From contig CAVSGI010000015.1 of NCBI GenBank assembly GCA_963727445.1, forward strand, positions 320,001 to 384,000: DNA of 64,000 bases, read 5' to 3'. The stretch comes from an uncultured delta proteobacterium (lineage in GTDB: Bacteria > Myxococcota_A > Polyangia > Polyangiales > B10-G4). Under the pieces are notes generated by a model. The model was not told where the DNA came from and did not search any database. It saw nothing but the letters and a program-made list of their open reading frames with translations. The translations under genes and the position numbers were made by a program. Shown piece after piece: positions 30,280 through 41,183 of the stretch. Every line of letters starts with the position of its first letter. The stretch's first letter is position 1.

Positions 30280-32484
30280 ATGCTTCCGCGCCTCCTCGCG
30301 TTGATGCTCCTCGTCGCCTGTGACGACCCTGCTCCGCAGCAGCAAGACGAGCGGGTCGAGAGCGAAGAGGCGTCGTCCGAAGGCCAGACGCGACGCGCGC
30401 TGATCGAGATGGCCGATCGTCGTGTGGCGCCCGATCAGCTCGCGGAGGCCCTCGCTTCAGGCGATGCAGAGGCGCGGCGCCAGGCTGCGCTCTCCCTCAG
30501 TCGCCTCCACGACCCCGCCGCCATCCCGCTACTGCGCCGCGGCCTTCGAGACGTCGATCCCGAGGTTCGCCGCAACGCGTCTCTCGGCCTTGGCGCACTC
30601 GAGGAGAGCGCACCTCCGGCGGCGGAGCGCCTGCTCCTCTCCGCCCTCGCTGCGGAGGGCGTCCGGGACAACCGAGCCGCCTACCTCTGGGACCTCGGAC
30701 GGGTCGCAGGGGAGGGGGCCTTGGGCGTGTTCCGGCATGCGCTGGCCGACACGGCGGGTCCCATTCGCGAGGCCGCCTGTCGCGGGCTCGGCGGGTATGG
30801 CCTGCGGCGCCGCAGTCTCGACCCCGCGCTCCTGCGCCGCGTCGCCACCCGAGTGCGCGACGATCGGGATCCAGCGGTACGACTCTCCTGCGCTCATGCC
30901 CTCAGCCGGATCGAGCCCCCCCCGGAAGGAGCCGAGCGGGACGCCATTCGCCAGGACCTGCTCCCGGCGCTCGAGGACCCCGAGGCGGAGGTTCGAGCCT
31001 TCGCGGTGCGGGCGCTCGGCAGCTACCCCGGGGCCGAAGAGGCGATCGCCAGGCGAGCGCTCGATCCCGACTGGCAGGTCGCGACCCAGGCGTTTCGTTC
31101 TCTCGGTCGCCACGTCGAGGAGGACCGAGGGCGGCTCCTCGGCCAGGTGTTCCGGCGAGCCTTCGATGCCGCCCTCGAGGATCGCAGGCTGAGCCCAACC
31201 GAGTCCCACGTGCTGACCACCGGTCTCGCGGCGATGGCCGGGGCGGCCCGGAACGAGCCCGTCTTCGCTGTTTCACGTGAAGCATTCGAACGTCTCTCCG
31301 AGCCCCCCGGCGATGTCCCCCTCTCCCGGGCCTGGGGCCTGACTCACTGCCGCGCCGCGACGCTCTACGACCTGGGCCGCGGCTGGCCCAACACCGTCGA
31401 TGAGTGTGGTCTCGAGCAGGTGTCCGAGGAGGAGCGGCGATTGATGGCGGTGGAGGTGCTGGCCCACGGGGAGGGGTCCGAAAGCCAGCGTTCGACCTAT
31501 TTGCGCCGCCTCTTCGACGAGGGCGGCCCGCGGGTGCGAGAGGCCGTCCTCACCGCCGCCCCCTCCATTCCCGATCCCGATCTCTCGGCCCTCGTGCTGC
31601 GCGCTCTCGAGGGCGACGACCCAGGCGTGGTCATCACCGCCTGCGATGCCGTGGCCGGGCTGGCGGAGACCTGGGCCGAGACCGTGGGCGGCGACGCGCC
31701 CGTGCTCTCCATTCGCCCGGCTGGGGAGCCTGGACCCGCGGTGGAAACCGCCCACCGCCGCGGTCCTCCCCTCTCTCGAATCCACCGGGGCCTGGCCCAC
31801 GCCCACGACACCCTCCTCGAAGGTCAGGATCTGGAGGGCCTCCAAAGCTGGATCAACGCCGCGCGCGCGATCGGTGACGCAGGATTCCTCCCCCAGCTCC
31901 GCGCTCTCGCCGCCCACTACAATCCGGCCGTGCGAGACGCGGCTCGTCGTGCGCTTCCAGCGGACGCGGAGGTCGATCCCCCAGCGGCCGTGCCCAATCC
32001 GATCTCGACCGACGCCATCCCGGAGCCTTCGACGATTCGGGTGACGCTCCACACCCAGGAGGGTCCCATCGTCGTGGCCCTCGACGCCGCCTCGGCGCCC
32101 ACCACCGTCGGCCGCTTCGTCGCCCTCGCGCAGGATGGTTTCTACGATGGGCTGAGCTTTCACCGGGTCGTTCCCGCCTTCGTCGTCCAAGGAGGCGACC
32201 CCCGCGGGGACGGCTATGGCGGTCCCGGTTTCAGCCAGCGATGCGAGGACAACCGGCGGAGATACGAGCGTGGCACCATCGGCATGGCCCTCTCTGGACG
32301 CGACACGGGAGGGAGTCAGTTCTTCATCACCCATGGTCCTCAGCCCCATCTCGAGGGGCGCTACACGGCCTTTGGCCGCGTCGAGGATGGGATGGACGTC
32401 GTCGATCGTCTCCTCGTGGGAGCGCGCATCGAGCGCATCGAGGCGCCGGTTTCACGTGAAACGGACGAGCCGACTCCGAACTGA
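30280..32484 (+). CDS. HEAT-repeat lipoprotein with C-terminal cyclophilin-type peptidyl-prolyl isomerase
   Basis: LLVAC lipobox; repeated D.DP.VR..A..AL units; FYDGLSFHRVVPAFVVQGGDP, GMALSGRDTGGSQFFI, YTAFGRV. Confidence 0.88.
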   Translation: MLPRLLALMLLVACDDPAPQQQDERVESEEASSEGQTRRALIEMADRRVAPDQLAEALASGDAEARRQAALSLSRLHDPAAIPLLRRGLRDVDPEVRRNASLGLGALEESAPPAAERLLLSALAAEGVRDNRAAYLWDLGRVAGEGALGVFRHALADTAGPIREAACRGLGGYGLRRRSLDPALLRRVATRVRDDRDPAVRLSCAHALSRIEPPPEGAERDAIRQDLLPALEDPEAEVRAFAVRALGSYPGAEEAIARRALDPDWQVATQAFRSLGRHVEEDRGRLLGQVFRRAFDAALEDRRLSPTESHVLTTGLAAMAGAARNEPVFAVSREAFERLSEPPGDVPLSRAWGLTHCRAATLYDLGRGWPNTVDECGLEQVSEEERRLMAVEVLAHGEGSESQRSTYLRRLFDEGGPRVREAVLTAAPSIPDPDLSALVLRALEGDDPGVVITACDAVAGLAETWAETVGGDAPVLSIRPAGEPGPAVETAHRRGPPLSRIHRGLAHAHDTLLEGQDLEGLQSWINAARAIGDAGFLPQLRALAAHYNPAVRDAARRALPADAEVDPPAAVPNPISTDAIPEPSTIRVTLHTQEGPIVVALDAASAPTTVGRFVALAQDGFYDGLSFHRVVPAFVVQGGDPRGDGYGGPGFSQRCEDNRRRYERGTIGMALSGRDTGGSQFFITHGPQPHLEGRYTAFGRVEDGMDVVDRLLVGARIERIEAPVSRETDEPTPN
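31269..31284. promoter_or_regulatory. parS site
   Basis: TGTTTCACGTGAAGCA, one mismatch to the consensus TGTTTCACGTGAAACA. Confidence 0.75.
32448..32463. promoter_or_regulatory. parS site
   Basis: GGTTTCACGTGAAACG with a perfect 14-bp palindromic core GTTTCACGTGAAAC. Confidence 0.8.
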
Positions 32485-32487
32485 GCG

Positions 32488-33429
32488 TCAGAGCTTCAGC
32501 TTGTTGCGGATGTCGCCGTCGTAGAGCGCGTCGAGCTCGTCGAGGCTCTTCTCCACCGTCTCGTTTCCCGCCGGCGGGAGTTGGGGCTGGAGATGTACAT
32601 AGAGGTCTCCTCGCTTACCGCTCCGCTCGACGCCTTTGCCGCGGAGCCGGAGCGTCGCGCCCGGCTGGCTCCCTGCCGGGACGGTCAGCGAGACCTCACC
32701 ATCGAGGACGGGGACGCGGATCTTGGCGCCTCGGTAGGCCTCTCCGAGGGTGATGGGCACGTCGAGGTGGAGGTCGTCCTCCTCCCGGCGGAGGATGGGG
32801 TGGGGCGCGACCTCGAGGGTCAGGAGCAGGTCTCCCGCTGGGCCGTTGTTGGGGCTGGGACTGCCCTGCCCCTTGAGGCGCAGCACATCCCCGTTTCGGG
32901 CGCCCTTCGGGAAGCGCACCTTGATGTGCTTGCCGCTCCCGAAGCTCAGCTCGCGCTCGCCACCGTGGAGGGCTTCGAGGAAGCCGAGGCGAAGGGTCGC
33001 GGTGATGTTGTGGCCACGTCGCGGGCCCCGCTGCCGAGGCGCGCTGAACCCGTCCATGTTGCCGTTGAAGAGGTCCTCGATGTTGAACGAGAAGCCCCCC
33101 TGGCCGCCCCGTCCACCGCCCCGCAAGACGTCGTCGAAGCCTCCGAAGCCTCCGCCTCCTCGCTGCTGCCAGCTCTGGTACTGGCGGTACTGCTCCGGGT
33201 CGAAACCCTCCTTGAGGCCGATCTCTCCGAACTCGTCGTAGAGCTTTCGCTTCTTGTCGTCGTTCAGGATTTCGTAGGCGTAGCTGACCTGCTTGAACCG
33301 GTCTTCGGCGGCTTCGTTGTCGGGGTTGCGGTCCGGGTGCAGCTCGCGCGCGAGGCTCCGGTAGGCCTTCTTGATCTCGTCGTGAGAGGCGGTTCGGGAC
33401 ACGCCCAGGGTGTCGTAGAGATCCTCCAT
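32488..33429 (-). CDS. DnaJ class B / CbpA-like co-chaperone
   Basis: DLYDTLGV...HPDRNP J domain, G/F-rich region, no zinc finger, DnaJ C-terminal domain. Confidence 0.88.
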   Translation of the reverse strand: MEDLYDTLGVSRTASHDEIKKAYRSLARELHPDRNPDNEAAEDRFKQVSYAYEILNDDKKRKLYDEFGEIGLKEGFDPEQYRQYQSWQQRGGGGFGGFDDVLRGGGRGGQGGFSFNIEDLFNGNMDGFSAPRQRGPRRGHNITATLRLGFLEALHGGERELSFGSGKHIKVRFPKGARNGDVLRLKGQGSPSPNNGPAGDLLLTLEVAPHPILRREEDDLHLDVPITLGEAYRGAKIRVPVLDGEVSLTVPAGSQPGATLRLRGKGVERSGKRGDLYVHLQPQLPPAGNETVEKSLDELDALYDGDIRNKLKL

Positions 33430-33575
33430 CGACCCATAGAAGTAAGTCCTAGGCGTGGCCCTGTCCAACTCGCGACTCGACGACCTGGGCGTCCAGAGAG
33501 ACGGCTCACGCCCTCGTGGACACCACCGGGCCTTCAGCGATTGCCGGCGGGCGAGTCTGGTGATACGCGGCCACG

Positions 33576-34373
33576 ATGGCCTTGGTGGATGTTTCGTCGG
33601 TCCCGACCCACGTCGCGATCATCATGGATGGCAACGGGCGGTGGGCTCAGCAGATCGGGCGACCGCGACCCTTCGGTCATCGCGAAGGAAGCGAAGCCGT
33701 TCGCCGGACCGTCCGCGCCGCCCGCCGCCTCGGCATCAAGGGGCTGACCCTCTACGCCTTCAGCGAGCAGAACTGGGAGCGGCCGCGGCCCGAGGTGCGC
33801 GCGCTCATGTCCCTGCTCCGCGAGTTCCTGATCACCGAGCGGAGCGAGATCATGGACAACGAGATCCGTCTCCGCACCATCGGCCGCATGGACCGTCTCC
33901 CCAACGACGTTCGCGAGGTGCTCGAGCCGCTGATCGAAGAGAGCGCTCACCACCGCGGGATGAGCCTGACCCTCGCGCTGTCCTATGGTGGGCGCGAGGA
34001 GATCGTGGACACGGCGCGCGCCCTCGCCGAGCAGGTGAGCCGTGGGGAGATCGATCCTGGGGACATCGACCTCGCCGCTTTCGACACCGCGCTGCCGTCC
34101 GCGATGAACGGTCCGGTGGATTTGCTGATCCGCACCGGCGGCGAGATGCGGACCTCGAACTTCCTGCCCTGGGGCGCGGCCTACGCCGAGCTCTACTTCA
34201 GCGATGAGCTCTGGCCGGACTTCGGTGAAGAGCAGCTGTATGAGGCCGTCGCGGAGTATCAAAAACGACACCGCCGCTTCGGACGTGTCGAGTCCCTCGC
34301 GGTCGAGCCGGCGATCGCTCCCGTGTCGGCGGCCGCGACCAGCGACGACGTGTCGAAAAACGTCGCGGGCTGA
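33576..34373 (+). CDS. uppS: Undecaprenyl diphosphate synthase
   Basis: [41 protein letters not shown]. Confidence 0.95.
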   Translation: MALVDVSSVPTHVAIIMDGNGRWAQQIGRPRPFGHREGSEAVRRTVRAARRLGIKGLTLYAFSEQNWERPRPEVRALMSLLREFLITERSEIMDNEIRLRTIGRMDRLPNDVREVLEPLIEESAHHRGMSLTLALSYGGREEIVDTARALAEQVSRGEIDPGDIDLAAFDTALPSAMNGPVDLLIRTGGEMRTSNFLPWGAAYAELYFSDELWPDFGEEQLYEAVAEYQKRHRRFGRVESLAVEPAIAPVSAAATSDDVSKNVAG

Positions 34374-34421
34374 AGGGCTCCTCGGCCCGCCGACTTCAAA
34401 CCTGGTATAGGGCCCGACGAC

Positions 34422-35279
34422 ATGGCCGAGCCGACACCCGACCAAGGAGCCGGCGCCACGAAGAACAAGGGGATGTCGAACCTCGTCGTTCGTCTCCTCA
34501 CCGCCGTCGTCGTGGTTCCGATCCTGCTCTACGCGCTCTTCGGTGCGCCGTGGCAGCTCTTCTTCGGCATCGTCGTGCTCGCCTCGATCATCAGCGCGGT
34601 CGAGATGGCGACGATGATGCTCCCCGGCCAGCGTCTGCTGATGGGGTGGGCCGTCGTCGCCAGCCTCGGCGTCTTTGCGGCCTTCTACTTTCAACCATCG
34701 GCGCTCGCGATCATGACCGGGGTGCTCGGCGCGCTGGTCCTCGGCTTCCTCGGTGGCTTGATGGTCCCGGACCCGATCCCGTCGGCGTCCAACCGGATGG
34801 GCTTTCTGGTGGTGACCCCTCTGTACGCCGGCGGCCTGCTGTCGACGATCGCGCTCTTGCACCGGCTCGATCACGGTGGCGCCTGGGTCGTCTTGTCGAT
34901 GATGCTCGCCTGGTTCGGCGACACGGGCGGCTACTTCGCCGGTCGCGCCTTCGGCAAGCACAAGCTCTACCCGAAGGTCTCGCCGAAGAAGACGATCGAA
35001 GGCGCCATCGGCGGCGGCCTCGCCAGCATCGGCGGGGCGTTGCTCGCGCACTTCTGGTACCTGCCGGCGCTGCCACTGGTCGACGGGATCCTGTTGGCCA
35101 TCGGCGCCAGCATCCTCGGCCAGTCGGGGGACCTGATGATCTCTCTCATCAAGCGGAGCGCCGACGTCAAGGACAGCGGCTTCATCGTACCCGGGCACGG
35201 AGGTCTGCTGGACCGCATCGACGCGCTCACGATGACCGGCTTCAGCACGTGGCTCTACACGGCCTGGTTCCTTCACTAG
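34422..35279 (+). CDS. cdsA: Phosphatidate cytidylyltransferase
   Basis: DTGGYFAG, SPKKTIEG, KRSADVKDSG, PGHGGLLDRID; follows uppS. Confidence 0.95.
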   Translation: MAEPTPDQGAGATKNKGMSNLVVRLLTAVVVVPILLYALFGAPWQLFFGIVVLASIISAVEMATMMLPGQRLLMGWAVVASLGVFAAFYFQPSALAIMTGVLGALVLGFLGGLMVPDPIPSASNRMGFLVVTPLYAGGLLSTIALLHRLDHGGAWVVLSMMLAWFGDTGGYFAGRAFGKHKLYPKVSPKKTIEGAIGGGLASIGGALLAHFWYLPALPLVDGILLAIGASILGQSGDLMISLIKRSADVKDSGFIVPGHGGLLDRIDALTMTGFSTWLYTAWFLH

Positions 35280-35443
35280 GCAGGCGCTGGCGCCGCGCAC
35301 CGCCGTTCCTATCTGACTCCCGACGCACGACGTCCAGGAGACGATGGATGCGCTGCGTCAACGGCAGGACCGTGAGAGAACCCCCGCTCACACGTGTCAG
35401 CAGAATTGACCAACCGCCCCCGGGGTAGGGACACTTCGCGTAG

Positions 35444-36727
35444 ATGACAGACGCAAACGACGAGCGGGTCCGGGAGTATCGTTTCTTCGATGTGGTCAGC
35501 GGCTATCTCGACGAAGCCGCACGGATCGTGAACCTGCCGGCACACGTCGAGCAGATCCTCTCGCAGCCGAAGAACGAGCTCATCGTCAACTTCCCAGTGC
35601 TGATGGATGACGGCACGCACAAGCTCTTCAAGGGCTACCGCATTCAGCACAACAACATGCTCGGACCCTACAAGGGCGGCATGCGCTATCACGCGACCGT
35701 CAGCCTCGACGACCTCAAGGCGCTCGGTTCGATGATGACGTGGAAGTCGGCGCTGATGGAGATCCCCTTCGGTGGTGCGAAGGGCGGGGTGAAGATGAAC
35801 CCCTACAAGCACTCCAAAGCGGAGCTGCGTCGCCTGACCCGTCGCTTCACCCACGCGCTCGGCGCGAACATCGGCCCCGAGTACGACATCCCCGCGCCCG
35901 ACGTCGGCACCAATGGTCAGACGATGGTGTGGATGATGGACACGTACATGAACACCGTCGGCCACGTGGAGAAGAACGCGCAGCGTCGTGTGGTCACGGG
36001 CAAGACCCTCAACAGCGGCGGCTCCCATGGACGCGAAAAGGCGACGTCCCAGGGCGTCGTTCACTGCCTGGTCGAGTGGGCCAAGGAGAACCGCTTCGAC
36101 CTCGAGGGCAAGACCGCCATCATCCAGGGCTTCGGGAACGTCGGCAGCAACGCGGCCGTCATCCTGAACAAGCTCGGCGTCTCCACCGTCGCGGTCGGTG
36201 ACCACAGCGGCTACATGCGCAACGACGAGGGCTTCTTCCCGCACAAGCTCGCCGAGCACGTGAAGAAGAACGGCTCCATCGCGGACTATCCTCACGGCGA
36301 AAAGATCAGCCGCGAGGAGTTCTTCGAGACGCCTGCCGACATCTTCATCCCGGCAGCCCTCGAGAACCAGGTGGGCGCATCGGAGGCGCAGGGGCTCAAG
36401 GTGCGGGTCATCGCCGAGGGCGCCAACGGCCCGGTGAACCCGGAGGGCGAGGGCGTGCTGCGCGAGCGCGGCATCCCGATCATCCCCGACGTCCTCGCCA
36501 ACTCCGGCGGCGTGACCGTCAGCTACTACGAGTGGTGCCAGAACAAGCGCAGCGAGCGCTGGGACCTCGCCGAGGTCGACGCCAAGCTCCACAAAGCGAT
36601 GACCGCCGCCTATCACCGCGTCTTCTATTACGCGCGGGAGAACGACCTGGAGCCGCGCCTCGCCGCGTACTGCCTGGCGCTGCAGAATCTGGCCGGCGCC
36701 TACGAAGAGCGCGGCATCTTCCCGTGA
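35444..36727 (+). CDS. gdhA: Glutamate dehydrogenase (Glu/Leu/Phe/Val family)
   Basis: GPYKGGMRY, GGAKGG, DIPAPDVGT, QGFGNVG, EGANGP, NSGGVTVSYYEW. Confidence 0.9.
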   Translation: MTDANDERVREYRFFDVVSGYLDEAARIVNLPAHVEQILSQPKNELIVNFPVLMDDGTHKLFKGYRIQHNNMLGPYKGGMRYHATVSLDDLKALGSMMTWKSALMEIPFGGAKGGVKMNPYKHSKAELRRLTRRFTHALGANIGPEYDIPAPDVGTNGQTMVWMMDTYMNTVGHVEKNAQRRVVTGKTLNSGGSHGREKATSQGVVHCLVEWAKENRFDLEGKTAIIQGFGNVGSNAAVILNKLGVSTVAVGDHSGYMRNDEGFFPHKLAEHVKKNGSIADYPHGEKISREEFFETPADIFIPAALENQVGASEAQGLKVRVIAEGANGPVNPEGEGVLRERGIPIIPDVLANSGGVTVSYYEWCQNKRSERWDLAEVDAKLHKAMTAAYHRVFYYARENDLEPRLAAYCLALQNLAGAYEERGIFP

Positions 36728-36734
36728 CGACGGC

Positions 36735-37490
36735 GTGGCCCTGACGCTTCGCGACTGGCTCCACGAGGGCCCTTACGCACTCGCGCTCTCTTCCGGCTTC
36801 TTCGGCTTCTTCGCCCACACCGGGATGCTCACGAGCCTGCTCGAGGAGGCTCAGGCGCCCAACCACACGAGCGGCGCGAGCGCCGGCGCGCTGGTCGCCG
36901 CGGCCCACGCCGGGGGCGTTTCCCCCGAGGCTCTGGTGGAAGAGCTCGTGGGCCTGAGGCGCGAGGACTTCTGGGACCCGGGGCCCGGGCCGGGGCTGCT
37001 TCGCGGGCGGCTCTTCCGCCAGCACCTCGAGCGCCTGCTGCCGCGGCGCTTCGCCGAGTGCGAGACGCCGGTCGCGGTGTCGGCTCACGACGTGCTCCGG
37101 CGGCGGCCGGTGGCGCTCGCCGAAGGGGACCTGCCCGCCGCCGTCCACGCCTCCTGCGCCGTGCCCTTCATGTTCCATCCGGTTCGCATCGACGCGCGGA
37201 TCTTCATCGACGGCGGCGTCAGCGATCGACCGGGGATGGTCGCCATGCCGTCGGGCCGGGTGCTCTTCCACCACCTCGCTTCGCGCTCCCCCTGGAGGCG
37301 TCGCGGCTCGCCCGCGCTCTCGCTGCCGCGTCGCGCACAGATGGTCTCGCTGATCGTGGAGGGGCTCCCGAGGGCTCACCCCTTCGCCCTCGACTCGGGC
37401 CGCGCCGCTCTCGACCTCTGCCGCCGCGCCACCCGGCGCGCCCTCGACCAGCCGATCGAAGCGGGCGGCGTCGTGAGGGTGCATGCTTGA
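36735..37490 (+). CDS. Patatin-like phospholipase
   Basis: SSGFFGFFAH, GASAG nucleophile motif, ASCAVP, DGG. Confidence 0.85.
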   Translation: MALTLRDWLHEGPYALALSSGFFGFFAHTGMLTSLLEEAQAPNHTSGASAGALVAAAHAGGVSPEALVEELVGLRREDFWDPGPGPGLLRGRLFRQHLERLLPRRFAECETPVAVSAHDVLRRRPVALAEGDLPAAVHASCAVPFMFHPVRIDARIFIDGGVSDRPGMVAMPSGRVLFHHLASRSPWRRRGSPALSLPRRAQMVSLIVEGLPRAHPFALDSGRAALDLCRRATRRALDQPIEAGGVVRVHA

Positions 37491-37525
37491 CAACACCCTC
37501 TGCCTCGTCGCCATGATTCGCCGCG

Positions 37526-38758
37526 ATGCGTGAAGCCGTTCTCTCTGGGGAGATCACGGATGAGGGGGTCATCATGCTCCTCGCCGAGATCGAGGAGCGC
37601 CGAACGAGCGGTGTCCTGCATTTCGAGGCGGGAGACGTCAGCGGCGACATCGAGCTCGTCGCCGGCCAGCTGGCCCTCGAGCAGCCGTCGATGGACGACG
37701 GGCGTGACCCGGTCGAGGTGCTCCTCTCGCTCAGGGAGGGATCCTACGAGCTCTTTCAGCGCCTCCCAGCCCTGGCCGTCTCGAAGGGCGACGAGCAGGC
37801 GCGTGAGGGGAGCCTCGACGTCCACGTCCCGGCCGACCTCATGAACTACTGCGAGACGGCGGGGCTCACGGGCAAGCTCCGCCTCGAGCAGGACGGCAAG
37901 AGCGCCGAGGCGATCTACGACCGAGGTGAGCTCAAGGCCATCCGCGTCGACGGCACCGCGGATGACGACCTGCACGAGGTCTTCGGCTGGAGCGAGGGGC
38001 ACTTCGAGATCACCGCCTTCACCATCGCGCCGAAGCTCGACGTCGACGAGCTCGAAGAGGTGCAGGAGCAGCAGGAGGAGGAAGAGGAGGATCCGCTCGA
38101 GCGCGAGCCGACCATCCGCTTCACCCGTCGCCGCAAGCAGGATACGAGCGAGATCTTCCTCCGTTCTGTGGAGGTCGCGCTCACCGACATCCTCACCGAG
38201 CGCGAGAAGCGGCGCGGTCCCGACAAGCGCACCAGCCCGCCCGCGGCGATGCGCAAGGTGCGGGAGAGCTCGATCCCGGGCGTGGAGAAGGTGGTCCGGA
38301 TCCACGCGACGAAGAAGCGCAAGCGCCAGCCGACGGTCCGGATCGTCTACGCCAGCAATCGCGAACCCGGCGAGGCACTGGGCACGACGCGCCACGTGGC
38401 CAAGGGAGGAAGCGAGAGCAGCGTCGACGTCGTCCTGCCGGAGGCGTCGCCAGACAGGGTACCCGCCGTCGAAGCGGCGAAGCGAAAGGGATCAGAGACG
38501 GCCAAGAAGAAGAAAAAGAAGGGTGGGGGCGGTCCGAAGAAGAAGGTGCGGAAGAAGAAGGAGAGCGCTCAGGAGATGAAGGTCATGACCGACGACACCG
38601 AGAAGGTGCGTCGTGAAAGGAGTGACCCGCCGGAAAAGGAGCGCGCCCCCCGCCCCAGCGCCAAGAGGACGCTCGAGACCCTCGGGTGGGTCGCGGCGGT
38701 CTTCCTGCTCCTGGTGATCAGCCTCTTCATTCTGGCCCGGCTTCCGCCGCTGGGCTGA
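37526..38758 (+). CDS. DUF4388-like domain protein with acidic and basic tracts and a C-terminal TM helix
   Basis: Two PatA/DUF4388-like repeats (TGKLRL...GEL...FGWSEGHF), poly-E, poly-K, terminal hydrophobic helix. Confidence 0.7.
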   Translation: MREAVLSGEITDEGVIMLLAEIEERRTSGVLHFEAGDVSGDIELVAGQLALEQPSMDDGRDPVEVLLSLREGSYELFQRLPALAVSKGDEQAREGSLDVHVPADLMNYCETAGLTGKLRLEQDGKSAEAIYDRGELKAIRVDGTADDDLHEVFGWSEGHFEITAFTIAPKLDVDELEEVQEQQEEEEEDPLEREPTIRFTRRRKQDTSEIFLRSVEVALTDILTEREKRRGPDKRTSPPAAMRKVRESSIPGVEKVVRIHATKKRKRQPTVRIVYASNREPGEALGTTRHVAKGGSESSVDVVLPEASPDRVPAVEAAKRKGSETAKKKKKKGGGGPKKKVRKKKESAQEMKVMTDDTEKVRRERSDPPEKERAPRPSAKRTLETLGWVAAVFLLLVISLFILARLPPLG

Positions 38759-38802
38759 GAAACTCGACCTCCCTCGCGCCACGCCCTGCTAGGGTTCGCC
38801 CC

Positions 38803-40536
38803 GTGCAGGCGCGGGTAGCCCATCTCGCGCTCTTCCTGGGGGCGCTGGCACTGCCATGGGTCGCGGCTGCGCAAGACGGTGGCGCGCCGGCGGCGCCCGA
38901 TGCGGGCGTGGCTTCGGACGAGCAGACCCCGGGCGAGGGCGACGGGCCGGCCGATGGGGGCAGCGGAGAGCCAGGCGACGCGGAGCGCTCGCGGGAGTAC
39001 GTGCCCGTCTGGGACCGCGCGCCCGAAGGCCAAGGCGAAGCTGAGGAGCCGACCACCGGCGGGCACGACGACGACGATGCAGACGATGCGCAGTCGGAGG
39101 GTGCGGCCGAGGAGTCCGCCATCGCCGGCGAGGAGGCCCTCGAGAGCCTGCCGACGATCCGTTACGAGCTCGAGCGCATCGAGATCCGCGGCAACGACAA
39201 GACCGCCGACTTCGTCGTGCTGCGCTATGTGCCCTTCGCCCCCGGCGACGAGCTCGACGTCGACGACCCCCGCATCGAGGCGCTCCGCTATCGGCTCCTC
39301 GGAACCGGCTACTTCGACACCGTCGACCTCTCCCTGACCCGCGGGTCGCGGCGAGGCCGGGTCGTGCTGGTGATCACCGTCACCGAGCGGAACACGATCC
39401 TCGTCGAGAAGCTCCAGCTCGGCATCTCCCGCGGCGTCGAGAACACCAGCGACGTCAACCCCGAGCTCCTCCCCTACCTCGGCCTCACCCTGGCCGAGAC
39501 CAACCTCCTCGGGACGGGCATCTCTCTGTCCTTGAGCGGTCTGGTCTCGGAGCGCCAGCAGGGCGTTCGACTCCGCTTCAACGATCCCACCTTCCTCGGC
39601 TCGCGCTTCAGCCTCGGTCTCGCCGGCCTCTTCAACAACGCCCGCGAATTCTTCGGCAACGAGGACGTGCGGGTCGTTCCGCGCTGTCCGGCGCCGCCCA
39701 CCCCCATGAGCGAATGCCCAGTGGCGCACGCCGTCGTGTTCTACCGGCGTTACGGGGTCTCCCTCGGCTCGGGCTACGACGTCGGCAGCGGGCTCTACAT
39801 CACGCTCGATTGGCAGCCGGAGATCGTCGACGTCCTGAGCCGACCCGACGCCGCGAGCAGCGCCCGCGGCACCACCACGGAGCCCATCGACTTCTCGATC
39901 CGCGATGGGACCAGCTTCCTCTCCACGCTCCGCCTCGGCATCCACTACGACAATCGCGACGACCCCGCGATGCCGAACCGCGGCTCGCTGGTGCACCTGC
40001 AGATGGACGGCTCGAGCCCGATCCTCGGCAGCGACTACAACTTCCTGAAGGTCTATGGCCTGGTCCGTCACTACATCCCGATGCCCTGGGGACATGGGCA
40101 CACGCTGCGTCTCGGCCTCTTCGGCGGGGTGCTCTTCGGCGACGCGCCCTTCTTCTTCAAGTTCTATCTCGCGGACCTCACGGACCTGATCCCCTCGCGC
40201 ATCCTCGAGATGAACGTCGACGATCGCGGGCCCCCGAACCTCCTCGGCACCTCGATCGCCCAGATGCGCGGGCAGGAGCTCGCCGGGCGCGTGGACTTCG
40301 AATACAGCCTGCCGATCTATCAGGGCCACGGGGGCCTTCGCGGGATCTACGGCTACTTCGGGGGCGGTCTCTACACACTGGCCGACCGCCGTGACCTCGC
40401 CCTGGGCATCCCGGGTTACGAGGGCGCGCAGAAGATCCCCATCGACCTCACCTTCGACTTCGGCTTCCGCATCGACACCTCGGTGGGGATGTTCCAGGTC
40501 GGCTTCTCCTCGCTGCTGGGGTTCTTGGAGCTCTGA
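38803..40536 (+). CDS. Omp85 (BamA/TamA) family outer-membrane protein with one POTRA domain
   Basis: Signal peptide, acidic linker, IEIRGNDKT...LLGTGYF..V POTRA, ETNLLGTG, YDNRDD..P.RG. Confidence 0.8.
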   Translation: MQARVAHLALFLGALALPWVAAAQDGGAPAAPDAGVASDEQTPGEGDGPADGGSGEPGDAERSREYVPVWDRAPEGQGEAEEPTTGGHDDDDADDAQSEGAAEESAIAGEEALESLPTIRYELERIEIRGNDKTADFVVLRYVPFAPGDELDVDDPRIEALRYRLLGTGYFDTVDLSLTRGSRRGRVVLVITVTERNTILVEKLQLGISRGVENTSDVNPELLPYLGLTLAETNLLGTGISLSLSGLVSERQQGVRLRFNDPTFLGSRFSLGLAGLFNNAREFFGNEDVRVVPRCPAPPTPMSECPVAHAVVFYRRYGVSLGSGYDVGSGLYITLDWQPEIVDVLSRPDAASSARGTTTEPIDFSIRDGTSFLSTLRLGIHYDNRDDPAMPNRGSLVHLQMDGSSPILGSDYNFLKVYGLVRHYIPMPWGHGHTLRLGLFGGVLFGDAPFFFKFYLADLTDLIPSRILEMNVDDRGPPNLLGTSIAQMRGQELAGRVDFEYSLPIYQGHGGLRGIYGYFGGGLYTLADRRDLALGIPGYEGAQKIPIDLTFDFGFRIDTSVGMFQVGFSSLLGFLEL

Positions 40537-41183
40537 TGCGGCGCGGGCTCTTCATTCTCGGGCTGTCCGTCGCCTCGCTCCTCGCGGGCGCGCCGCCCGC
40601 GTCGGCACAGGAGGAGGTCCCGTCGCGCCGCCTCGGCGTCTCCTGGGATGAGGGCGCCCCCCGCCTCACCTTCAACGCGCGCGACCTCGTGAACCGAGAG
40701 ACGCAGGACAAGCTCGAGAGCGGCCTGCCTCAGACCGTCGCCATGCGCATCTATGCCTATCGCGACGGGGACTCGGACCCGCTCGCGATCACCGTGCGCA
40801 CCTGCCGCGTGGTCTACGACCTTTGGGAAGAGGTCTATCGCGTGCAGGTCCAGACCGCGCGCCGGGATCGCACCTACACCGAGCGGAACATCGACGGGGT
40901 CCTCGAGCGCTGCGTGGTGGTGAGGCGCGGGCGTGTCGGCCGCGCCGCCGACTACCGACGGGTCCACGGGCGGCGCGTCTACTTCGCCGCGCTCTTCGAG
41001 CTCAACCCCATCTCGACCGACGACGTCGAGCGGATCCGGCGGTGGCTCGCACGGCCGAGCGGCGGGCGCGTCGAGAGCGAGGCCTTCTTCGGCTCCTTCG
41101 TGAGCCTCTTCGTGAACCGGCGGATCGGCGACGCCGAGCGCATCCGGCGCTTCCGCTCGCAGACTGTGCGGGTGCCGCGATGA
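40536..41183 (+). CDS. DUF4390-like exported protein
   Basis: Signal peptide; KLESGLP...VVYDLWEEVYRV; lies directly upstream of an NtrY-like kinase. Confidence 0.6.
   Translation: MRRGLFILGLSVASLLAGAPPASAQEEVPSRRLGVSWDEGAPRLTFNARDLVNRETQDKLESGLPQTVAMRIYAYRDGDSDPLAITVRTCRVVYDLWEEVYRVQVQTARRDRTYTERNIDGVLERCVVVRRGRVGRAADYRRVHGRRVYFAALFELNPISTDDVERIRRWLARPSGGRVESEAFFGSFVSLFVNRRIGDAERIRRFRSQTVRVPR

Noticed and set aside
38071..38560. GAG/AAG-rich tracts as nucleotide-level repeats
   Set aside because: They simply encode poly-Glu and poly-Lys segments of the DUF4388-like protein
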